From the NCBI RefSeq assembly GCF_053078305.1, contig NZ_CP166879.1: DNA of 64,000 nt; one strand, given 5' to 3'. Positions 22,433 to 29,688 of the stretch are shown piece by piece. Under the pieces are notes generated by a model, which was not told the DNA's origin, made no database searches, and saw only the letters and a list, made by a program, of their open reading frames with translations. Both the position numbers and the translations under genes were made by a program. Position 1 is the first letter of the stretch, and each line of letters starts with the position of its first letter.

Positions 22433-22666
22433 ATGCGTGATATTTACCACGAAACAATAGACCGCGCATTTAGTGCCCTTGCTTACGCTGAAGGTATGTA
22501 CGAAATATTGCAAATGTGTCTGGAAACATTTGGCGATAATGAGCGTGATGTAAAGAAGGCGCGGATTATTAAATCACTGATAACTCTCCTTGAACCTGTA
22601 ATAACAGAGTTGCAGGAAATAGACTTATTGCACGACAGATATAACGAACAGCACACCGGAGAATAA
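22433..22666 (+). CDS. Hypothetical protein
   Basis: 77-aa ORF tightly packed after the preceding gene (start 2 nt after its stop). Confidence 0.45.
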   Translation: MRDIYHETIDRAFSALAYAEGMYEILQMCLETFGDNERDVKKARIIKSLITLLEPVITELQEIDLLHDRYNEQHTGE

Positions 22667-22671
22667 AAATA

Positions 22672-22971
22672 ATGAAACTTAAATATCCTGGCTTAACTGC
22701 CAGTGGCAACACTCACCCTAAATTTACGCGCGGTGATATTTACCGCGACCAGTACGGCGGCACGGTAATGATTAAGGGCGTGGCGGGACGGTGCGTAACT
22801 TACCGCCGTGAAGGCTACGAATATGATTGCGTGATGCCTGTTTATCAGTTCCGGCGTGATTTTTCTCTGGTACAGACCGCGCCGCATAACGTGCCCACCA
22901 GCAACGCCAGGGCACGGGCAAACATCCAGAAGCTGAAAACCATGATTAACGGATTCAGGGGTAAAAAATGA
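22672..22971 (+). CDS. Hypothetical protein
   Basis: 99-aa ORF; 3' end overlaps the rep start by 4 nt. Confidence 0.45.
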   Translation: MKLKYPGLTASGNTHPKFTRGDIYRDQYGGTVMIKGVAGRCVTYRREGYEYDCVMPVYQFRRDFSLVQTAPHNVPTSNARARANIQKLKTMINGFRGKK

Positions 22972-24377
22972 AACTGGCACCGAACGTAAAACGATTACCG
23001 AAAGATAAATACACCGAAGCGGTTATTTTTGCGGGTATTGATGCTCACTCATTCGCAGAGCATTACATCATTGCACAGGCCAAAAAAGCAGGCGATCCAG
23101 TCCCTCCCGTTTATCTGGGGCGTTATCAGTTAAGCGAACTGGATAACCTCCAGATTGTTGATGATGGGCGATACAGGGCGACGGTGATACGCGCCGGAAA
23201 TATTGAAGAGCCGCAGCTGTTAACCATCGCCACGAAACTGGCGAGCGCCGGAGTCCAGGAGGCGCGGCTACTTTCTGAAAATTTCGAATTGCTGGAGGAA
23301 TGGAGCGACCAGCTTCCACGGCTTAGGGAGGCATGGGAACGCGGGGAAAGCCTGGTCATGAAAAAAATTCCCCAGCGAAAAACCACGCTACCGATGAGCG
23401 TTGGATCTACCGGATACGACACACAGCTTGATTACGTGGTAAAGGGGATTATTCCGGCATCGTCGCTTTGCAGCATATACGGGGCGAGCGGTTCCTATAA
23501 ATCATTCCTTGCCGGATCGTGGGCGTGTCACGTTTCCACGGGCCGCCAGTGGGGAGGCCGCAGGGTGGCGCATGGCGCTGTTCTCTATGTGGTTGGTGAA
23601 GGCGGTATCGGCGTTCCGCGTCGTGTAAAAGCCTGGGAGGTTGTGCACGGTGAGCAGGTGAAAAATCTGTATCTGGTAAACCGTCCCATCTTTCCGGCTG
23701 TCCCGCTTGATGTTGATGAACTGGTTATTGCTGCCAGTCAGGTGGAGAGGGAAACGGGTAAACCTGTTCGCATGATTATTCTGGACACGCTGGCGCGTTG
23801 CTTTGGCGGCAATGATGAAAATGACTCCCGCGACATGGGGGCATTTATCCGTGGTTGTGACGAGCTTAAACGGCGCACAGGGGCTACGGTGCTGGTGGTT
23901 CACCATTCCGGCAAGGATGAAACAAAGGGGGCGCGTGGTTCCAGTGCATTTCGTGCATCACTGGACGCTGAATACCGGATACGCAGGGAGGACGCAGGAA
24001 GCGAAGCGCTGGTTATCTCATGCACCAAAATGAAGGACGCGGAGGAACTCAAAGAGGCTGCCTATGATTTGCGGGTGGTGGAGCTTTTTACCGACGCTGA
24101 CGGGGAGTTAATTACGTCGCTGGTGGTGGTGGATAAGCCGCGCCCTCCCGTTGAACTGGAGCGCATCGAGGAGGCAGGCAACAAGACGGAAAACCATACC
24201 GCGCTATGGGGGTGCATCCGTTCACGCACACAGAACGGCGACAAGTGCACGATCCCGCTGTTACGTGACGATATGAAAAAGCTGGGGTATGACACAAAAC
24301 ACCTTAAACGATGGTTAGCCAAACTGGAAAAAGACGACGTGATCTACATTGACGGTGATGATGTAGGACCACTGTAA
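22968..24377 (+). CDS. rep: Replication initiator/helicase (RepA-like AAA_25 RecA-fold ATPase with N-terminal primase-C-like region)
   Basis: Walker A-like SIYGASGSYKSFLA, Walker B-like RMIILDTLAR, and TVLVVHHSGKD; followed directly by an iteron array. Confidence 0.75.
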   Translation: MKLAPNVKRLPKDKYTEAVIFAGIDAHSFAEHYIIAQAKKAGDPVPPVYLGRYQLSELDNLQIVDDGRYRATVIRAGNIEEPQLLTIATKLASAGVQEARLLSENFELLEEWSDQLPRLREAWERGESLVMKKIPQRKTTLPMSVGSTGYDTQLDYVVKGIIPASSLCSIYGASGSYKSFLAGSWACHVSTGRQWGGRRVAHGAVLYVVGEGGIGVPRRVKAWEVVHGEQVKNLYLVNRPIFPAVPLDVDELVIAASQVERETGKPVRMIILDTLARCFGGNDENDSRDMGAFIRGCDELKRRTGATVLVVHHSGKDETKGARGSSAFRASLDAEYRIRREDAGSEALVISCTKMKDAEELKEAAYDLRVVELFTDADGELITSLVVVDKPRPPVELERIEEAGNKTENHTALWGCIRSRTQNGDKCTIPLLRDDMKKLGYDTKHLKRWLAKLEKDDVIYIDGDDVGPL

Positions 24378-24582
24378 AAAGTGGGCATTAAAAGTGGGAA
24401 AGGTGGGCGATTTAACGTAATTTTAACAAAATCACCCACTTTCCCACGTGTATATATCCCAAAAAGTGGGCACTAAAAAAATACCTATGAAACAAGATGA
24501 TATAAATCCCAAACTTCCCACGTTGGACGAAGTGGGAAAACGTAAAAAGTGGGCGAAAAAAGTGGGTAGAGGTGGGCAAATG
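24375..24582. repeat. Island origin of replication: iteron array with GTGGG core (AAAGTGGGCA/AAGTGGGAAA, direct and inverted copies)
   Basis: About 8 direct and 3 inverted copies of (A)AGTGGG(C/A) within ~200 bp immediately 3' of rep. Confidence 0.7.
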
Positions 24583-24831
24583 ACTCAAAAACACAGAGAC
24601 AGAACAGAGCCAAAATATAAAGCGTTAGACATGACAGAGCACGCTTTAAAGGTGGCAATCAGGGTAATAGACCGCCACACGCGGGAAGGATACGCGAAGG
24701 AACATCCCGACCTGATAAGCGCATTCATGACCACAGCGGCGGCAAACTTTGCCACGCTGACAGAACGGGAGATAGCCGAAGCGGAACAGGTAACAACCAT
24801 CAACGTTAAAACCGGAGAGGTGGAATCATGA
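24580..24831 (+). CDS. Hypothetical protein
   Basis: In-frame ATG just after the iteron array; the upstream part of ORF 24448-24831 overlaps the iterons and is unlikely to be coding. Confidence 0.4.
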   Translation: MTQKHRDRTEPKYKALDMTEHALKVAIRVIDRHTREGYAKEHPDLISAFMTTAAANFATLTEREIAEAEQVTTINVKTGEVES

Positions 24832-25238
24832 CAGCACAGATAGCCGCTTACGGGCGGCTGGTGGACGACCCGCAGGTAAAACAAACCAGCAAGGGCACAC
24901 CGATGACGCTGGCGCGTATGGCGGTATCTCTGCCATGCAGCCAGGCACAGGACGGGCAGGCTACGTTATGGCTATCAGTGATGGCATTTGGTAAGCAGGC
25001 CGACTTCCTGGCTAAACATCAAAAAGGCGATGTTGCCAGCGTATCCGGCACGATGCAGGTAAGCCAGTGGACCAGACAGAACGGGGAAACGCGGCAGGGT
25101 TATCAGGTTATTGCAGACAGTGTAATCAGTGCCCGTGCTGCCCGTCCTGGCGGGAGCAGACGTACAACCACAGGCACACAGGGTAATCAGCCACCAGCGG
25201 GAGGCGATGACCCTTACGGTGACGGTATTCCGTTCTGA
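24828..25238 (+). CDS. ssb: Single-stranded DNA-binding protein (SSB-like)
   Basis: OB-fold signature (LWLSVMAFGKQADFL...KGDVASVSGTM) and acidic C-terminal tail DDPYGDGIPF. Confidence 0.7.
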   Translation: MTAQIAAYGRLVDDPQVKQTSKGTPMTLARMAVSLPCSQAQDGQATLWLSVMAFGKQADFLAKHQKGDVASVSGTMQVSQWTRQNGETRQGYQVIADSVISARAARPGGSRRTTTGTQGNQPPAGGDDPYGDGIPF

Positions 25239-25248
25239 GGGGGTGACG

Positions 25249-25521
25249 ATGGTACATGACCGCATAGCGGAGGAACTCGAGGCAAAAGGCTTTTACCGGA
25301 GGGCGGCGGCGCGATGGGGTGAAGTTATGCAGCTGGTGGAGACAGACAAGGAACGGCATCAGGTTACGATGCGACGGCTGGAATGTTCCAGGAAGGCACA
25401 GAGGCCACCGGAGCCGCCGGATAACTTCGGAGACCTGAAAAAAGCAGTAGATCGCACTTATGCCGAAATGGGTATGGATGGTGTAAGCGATGAAATATGG
25501 CGTAATTACCCAGACAGCTAA
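25249..25521 (+). CDS. PerC-family transcriptional activator-like protein
   Basis: AEELEAKGFYRRAAARWGEVMQLVETDKERHQV resembles the PerC/Pch signature; RBS gagggg; real start internal to ORF 25129-25521. Confidence 0.5.
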   Translation: MVHDRIAEELEAKGFYRRAAARWGEVMQLVETDKERHQVTMRRLECSRKAQRPPEPPDNFGDLKKAVDRTYAEMGMDGVSDEIWRNYPDS

Positions 25522-25527
25522 TCAACA

Positions 25528-25549
25528 GCCGGAGAAATCCGGCTTTTTT
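25528..25549 (+). terminator. Intrinsic terminator (GCCGGAGAAATCCGGC + T6)
   Basis: Perfect hairpin plus T-run directly after the PerC-like gene; the identical hairpin recurs at 27802-27824. Confidence 0.7.
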
Positions 25550-25561
25550 GTACCCAAAAAA

Positions 25562-25598
25562 AGCCCGATAAGTACAGGAGGCATCTTATCGGGCTTTT
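25562..25598 (+). terminator. Second tandem intrinsic terminator
   Basis: agcccgataag...cttatcgggct hairpin followed by tttt. Confidence 0.55.
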
Positions 25599-25676
25599 GC
25601 ATATGAGGTTTTTTTGGTGCACTGACACACATGATCGGGGTAATCATTTCATAATTTGCAACACAACTCAACATCA

Positions 25677-25737
25677 TTGCACAAAATGCAATCCTGATTA
25701 TAATCAGAGCTGGATGAACATCCAGTTCTGATTTTTT
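25677..25737 (+). promoter_or_regulatory. Sigma70-like promoter followed by a hairpin and U-run, upstream of the island capsid/packaging operon
   Basis: TTGCAC (25677-25682), 16-nt spacer, TATAAT (25699-25704); hairpin ctggatg-aa-catccag (25710-25725) then ttctgatttttt. Confidence 0.5.
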
Positions 25738-25760
25738 AAGTCAAAGAGGAATTTCTTACT

Positions 25761-25967
25761 ATGGCTGAAGAGAAAAAAGGCGGTGTTTCGGTGTACATAA
25801 GCCCCGAAATCGTGGAGGTGCTCAAGCAGCGCCACAAAAAAAACTATGAGGCTGGCGTAGCGGCTGGACTGGATCCGCTGATGACGCCGGAGCCGTCGAT
25901 AGGTTCACTTGTGCGCTCTTATTTACTTGCGGCGCTTGGGATGCATAAAAATTATGGTGGTGAATAA
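25761..25967 (+). CDS. Hypothetical small protein (first gene of island morphogenetic operon)
   Basis: 68-aa ORF with RBS agagga; stop overlaps the capsid gene start. Confidence 0.4.
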   Translation: MAEEKKGGVSVYISPEIVEVLKQRHKKNYEAGVAAGLDPLMTPEPSIGSLVRSYLLAALGMHKNYGGE

Positions 25968-27022
25968 TGACAGTAAAAGCAATGGCACTTACAACTAACC
26001 AGCTTTTCGCGTACCTGAATCGCGGGGATATTGCAGAATTTAAATTCAGTCCGCTGTTTACCACGCTGTTTTTCCCGAACGTGGCGACCTTCAACACCCA
26101 GAACATCATGCTGGACACCCTGGACATTGAAGAGGTTACGATGTCAGCGTTCTGTTCGCCTATGGTGGGTAGTCAGGTCCAGCGCGATAAAGGGTACGAA
26201 ACCAGCACGATTAAACCAGGCTACATGAAACCCAAACACGAAATCGATCCAACAAAAACCATCATGCGCATGGCTGGAGAAGATCCGGCACAGCTTAACG
26301 ACCCTACCTACCGCCGTATGCGCCTGATTACTGGCAACATGCGCCGCCAGATAAACGCCATTAAAGCGCGCGTGGAATGGCTGGCGGTGAATGCGATAAC
26401 GACCGGAAAAAACATCATTGAGGGCGAAGGCATAGAACGCTATGAAATCGACTGGAAAATACCGGAAAACTGCATCATAGAGCAGGCCAAGGGTAAAAAA
26501 TGGTCCGAGCATGATAAAGATATTTACGATCCAATCTATGACATCGAACTATACGCAGATCAGGCAGGTTGCCCCGCCAACGTCATGATTATGGGCGCTG
26601 AGGTATGGCGCACGTTACGCAGCTTTAAAAAATTCCGCGAACTGTACGATCTTTCCCGTGGTTCAGAATCCGCCGCAGAACTGGCCTGTAAAAACCTGGG
26701 TGAAGTAGTGAGCTTTAAAGGCTATCTGGGCGATATTGCCCTTATCGTCTATTCCGGCAAATACACTGACAGCGACGGTACCGAAAAATATTTCCTTGAG
26801 CCTGATTTGCTGGTCCTGGGTAACACCAACAATAAAGGGCTGGTGGCCTATGGTGCGATTATGGATCAGGAAGCGGTAAGAACGGGCGCAACGCAAAACA
26901 TGTTCTACCCGAAAAACTGGATTGAAGACGGCGATCCGGCGATTGAGTACGTTCAGACGCACAGCGCACCGCAGCCGGTACCGGCAGATATTCGCAAATT
27001 TGTTACCGTCAAAATTGCTTAA
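25967..27022 (+). CDS. Major capsid protein homologue (diverged lambda gpE-like, HK97 fold)
   Basis: Collinear with the helper E at 32160-33185: FKFSPLFTTLFF / FKFDPLFLRLFF, KPGYMKPKHEIDP / TPGYVKPKHEVNP, DPTYRRMRLITGNMRRQINAI / DPAYRRRRIIMQNMRDEELAI. Confidence 0.8.
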   Translation: MTVKAMALTTNQLFAYLNRGDIAEFKFSPLFTTLFFPNVATFNTQNIMLDTLDIEEVTMSAFCSPMVGSQVQRDKGYETSTIKPGYMKPKHEIDPTKTIMRMAGEDPAQLNDPTYRRMRLITGNMRRQINAIKARVEWLAVNAITTGKNIIEGEGIERYEIDWKIPENCIIEQAKGKKWSEHDKDIYDPIYDIELYADQAGCPANVMIMGAEVWRTLRSFKKFRELYDLSRGSESAAELACKNLGEVVSFKGYLGDIALIVYSGKYTDSDGTEKYFLEPDLLVLGNTNNKGLVAYGAIMDQEAVRTGATQNMFYPKNWIEDGDPAIEYVQTHSAPQPVPADIRKFVTVKIA

Positions 27023-27033
27023 CGGGGGATTCT

Positions 27034-27369
27034 ATGGACACTCCATACATTGAGTTATTTGCAGGCAGTCAGCAGGTATCCACGACGCTGGTACATTTTG
27101 CCGCTGATGCTGGCGTTATTCAGGAATTTACCCCGCTGATGCTGGCGGACAATGGCGAGTTTAAGCCGTGGGATGGTCAGGAATCTGGCAAGGCTGTTTA
27201 TCTGACCTCGTACCCCGTGGACACGTCAAAGCAGAAATCAGCACAGTGTTACAAGACGGGGATATTTAATATCGCCGCCGTAAACTGGCCTGAGAGCGCC
27301 GACACTGACGCGAAAAAATGCGCCGCCTTTGCGGGTTCTGGCGTATCCGTTCAGCCGCTGGCGCGATAA
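27034..27369 (+). CDS. Head decoration protein homologue (diverged lambda gpD-like)
   Basis: 111 aa; TPLMLADNGEFKPWDG...AAFAGSGVSV parallels the helper D (31766-32104) [17 protein letters not shown]...[11 protein letters not shown]. Confidence 0.7.
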   Translation: MDTPYIELFAGSQQVSTTLVHFAADAGVIQEFTPLMLADNGEFKPWDGQESGKAVYLTSYPVDTSKQKSAQCYKTGIFNIAAVNWPESADTDAKKCAAFAGSGVSVQPLAR

Positions 27370-27381
27370 GCAGGGGAAACG

Positions 27382-27795
27382 ATGGCAACGAATGAAAGCA
27401 TCATGGCGCTACCGCTGGCGAGTAAATTTAAAGCAGAAGCGCGGGCAATGGCTGACAGAGGTTTATCAACCTACGAGGCCGTATATCAACTCAACAAACT
27501 GGAAGAGCAGGACAAGCCGCGCGCTGATGCGATTATGGCGCTTCATGAACATAACGACTATCAGCCGCTGTTACGTGCAATGGCAAACGTGCCATGTATT
27601 AGCGTCGATAATGCTCGTGAAATCCTGAACATGACCATAGAGCAGGAGCGCCCAAAGGTTGCGCCGGAGCTTACCGCAGCCTTTGAAAACTTTATGGACA
27701 TGCACAGCCCGAAAGCCGTATCACCCGGCATGGCATACGACGGCAGAAACCAGGGCGATGAAGGCGACGTCGATCGCATACTGAAAACCATCTGA
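27382..27795 (+). CDS. Hypothetical protein (island morphogenetic operon)
   Basis: 137-aa ORF followed by a strong terminator; no family recognised. Confidence 0.45.
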   Translation: MATNESIMALPLASKFKAEARAMADRGLSTYEAVYQLNKLEEQDKPRADAIMALHEHNDYQPLLRAMANVPCISVDNAREILNMTIEQERPKVAPELTAAFENFMDMHSPKAVSPGMAYDGRNQGDEGDVDRILKTI

Positions 27796-27801
27796 CATAA
27801 G

Positions 27802-27824
27802 GCCGGAGAAATCCGGCTTTTTTT
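27802..27824 (+). terminator. Intrinsic terminator (GCCGGAGAAATCCGGC + T7)
   Basis: Same hairpin as at 25528; ends the capsid operon just before the island cos. Confidence 0.7.
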
Positions 27825-27825
27825 A

Positions 27826-27895
27826 CGGGTCCTTTCCGGCATATGGACCCGTTACGGGGCGGCGACCTCGCGGTTTTTCGCTATTTATGAGCTTT
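27826..27895 (+). promoter_or_regulatory. Island cos site: cosN identical to the helper (GGGCGGCGACCT at 27857-27868), with a distinct downstream cosB-like region
   Basis: gggtcctttccggc...gttacggggcggcgacctcgcggtttttcgctatttatga aligns with the helper cos at 14155-14222, then diverges before terS. Confidence 0.7.
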
Positions 27896-28001
27896 TTTCG
27901 GGTGCTGGTGGTGGTTTTGTTTTTCGCTCTATCTCTATGAATAAAAAGGGAAAGATAAAACCAATACACCAACCTGAAACATTACTTAAGTGGGGATATT
28001 G

Positions 28002-28544
28002 ATGAAATCGCACCTGATGAACAAAAAAAACATGGCGCAAAGCTGCCGTGTAAGTGCGACAGCGTTCGACAAGTGGGGAGTGACTCCCGTTGAACGTAAA
28101 GGACGCGAGGCTTTTTACGATGTTGCCAGCGTGATAGACAATCGGGTAAGCAATGCAATTAACCAGGTTACAAACGACAAAGGCGAGATTGATGATGATG
28201 AACTCTTACGAGTCAGGATCAGATTACTGACCGCCCAGGCTGAGGCGCAGGAACTTAAAAACGAGCGCGATCGCGGTGACGTAATTGATACTGAGTTTTG
28301 CCTGTACGCGCTTTCAAAGCTGGCGAGTCAGATTTCTTCAATCATGGACAGTTTGCCGCTTACCATGCAAAGGCGCTTCCCGCAGATTACTCCCGCTATG
28401 CTGGATGGGCTTAAAAGGGAAGTGGTTAAAGCCTGTAATGCCAGTGCCACAGTTGCCGACAACCTCCCGAAGATACTGGCTGATTACCTGATGGAAACTA
28501 CCGGAGACGTACCGGAGAAGTTGCTACAGAAGAAAGGCGAGTAA
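28002..28544 (+). CDS. Terminase small subunit homologue (Nu1-like, divergent N-terminal DNA-binding region)
   Basis: C-terminal two-thirds collinear with Nu1 (LTAQAEAQELKNERDRGDVIDTEFCLYALSKLASQISSIMDSLPLTMQRRFPQI vs LTRAQADAQELKNARDSAEVVETAFCTFVLSRIAGEIASILDGIPLSVQRRFPEL); N-terminal ~50 aa diverged. Start 28002 chosen by RBS. Confidence 0.75.
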   Translation: MKSHLMNKKNMAQSCRVSATAFDKWGVTPVERKGREAFYDVASVIDNRVSNAINQVTNDKGEIDDDELLRVRIRLLTAQAEAQELKNERDRGDVIDTEFCLYALSKLASQISSIMDSLPLTMQRRFPQITPAMLDGLKREVVKACNASATVADNLPKILADYLMETTGDVPEKLLQKKGE

Positions 28545-28689
28545 CAGACGCGCAATTATTGAACAAAAGTAAGGCCCGACATGAAATCACCCAAAAATGC
28601 CTTTTTCATGCGTTTGTATGTCTGACCTTTTACGGTTTCGATATTATAAAAAACAAATAGTTACGCTCGAGAGGTACCGACACGCATTT

Positions 28690-28775
28690 TTCAGGAAAAT
28701 TTTCATAAACAGATAAAAACCGCGAGGTCGCCGCCCCGTAACGGGCCATAATTCCAGGAAGGACCCGACGACACC
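28690..28775 (-). promoter_or_regulatory. Second cos-like site in inverted orientation (cosN at 28725-28736, minus strand), helper-like flank
   Basis: Minus-strand read gttacggggcggcgacctcgcggtttttatctgtttatgaaaattttcc shares ttatgaaaattttcc with the helper cosB side; no terminase gene lies downstream in this orientation. Confidence 0.6.
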
Positions 28776-28800
28776 AGGCTATCAGAACGATGAGGGCACA

Positions 28801-29082
28801 ATGACAGAAGCCGAACTACTGGGATTAATCCGCTACGTTACCGGAATCAGCCAGCAGCATGACGAACAGGCCACGCAGCCGGACAGCGTGACCGCTGAAA
28901 ATTATGCGCGTGTTGTTGCTGAGGTGATGCGCCGTGATGGTATCCAGCTTAATGATGCAGATATGCGCGACATACGGATCCGCGTTCTTGAAATGCTGGC
29001 CTACCGTCGCCGCGTGCAGACGTACAGGGAAAAAGCAAAAATAACGTACCAGTGGAAGAAGCCGGAGCGATTACGGCGGTAA
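28801..29082 (+). CDS. Hypothetical protein
   Basis: 93-aa ORF near the right island end; no family recognised. Confidence 0.4.
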   Translation: MTEAELLGLIRYVTGISQQHDEQATQPDSVTAENYARVVAEVMRRDGIQLNDADMRDIRIRVLEMLAYRRRVQTYREKAKITYQWKKPERLRR

Positions 29083-29477
29083 CTTGCTGATATTCCCGAT
29101 AACGCAAAATTGCGCTCTGTCCTAACCCGTTGATATTTTCGGGAACAGCCAACGGCTGAGGCCGGAACAACGATTATCTTTCAGATAGTCAGAGCTACGA
29201 AATTTTCGTAGTTTAATTACTCGCCAGTTTATCGTTAACTCGTTGATATTTTCGGTAACCTCAATTTGAGGAGATCGGAAACATAACCCTTCACATTCTG
29301 AATGGTTATAATGACCACTCAGACCATCAAGGCAACCATAACGAACATCGTTACGGTTGGAGCTTTTACCCCACTGGGGGGAAGGTGCACATCTGGATCA
29401 TCATTACCGTGATCAAGGGTATGTAAAACCCACCAGCCTGATTAACTGTTAACCGGAAAAAAGCCAGGTAGCCAATC

Positions 29478-29501
29478 TCGATATGGGGATCCCCATATCG
29501 A
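29478..29501. repeat. Perfect 24-bp palindrome TCGATATGGGGATCCCCATATCGA
   Basis: Exact inverted repeat centred on GGATCC within the ~600-bp non-coding right arm of the island. Confidence 0.9.
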
Positions 29502-29587
29502 CATTAACGCCCCCTAGAACTGCGCATATCTGCATATAAAAACATCCACCAGCTTTATGACGGATGCCGCTCATCTGATAAATAATC

Positions 29588-29610
29588 GTGTATTGCAATG
29601 TGTATTGCGA
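29588..29610. repeat. Two tandem copies of (T)GTGTATTGC(A/G)A near the island right end (attR-proximal)
   Basis: gtgtattgcaatgtgtattgcga; same motif as the attL-proximal triplet at 17978-18031. Confidence 0.7.
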
Positions 29611-29688
29611 CTCCTTTAAACGATAGGTTTGAGCATTCGTAATGTACTGTTTTTAAATTTTATTTTTTCCTGTCTTTTCATAAAAGCC

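Noticed and set aside
24375-24582. Iteron array considered as a possible CRISPR array
   Set aside because: Repeats are short (7-10 bp), irregularly spaced, include inverted copies and directly follow a rep gene, so they form a replication origin; no cas genes are present.
29478-29501. GGATCC-centred perfect palindrome considered as a cloning scar
   Set aside because: No other vector-derived or polylinker sequence is nearby, and the palindrome sits in a repeat-rich natural-looking regulatory arm; treated as a candidate operator.
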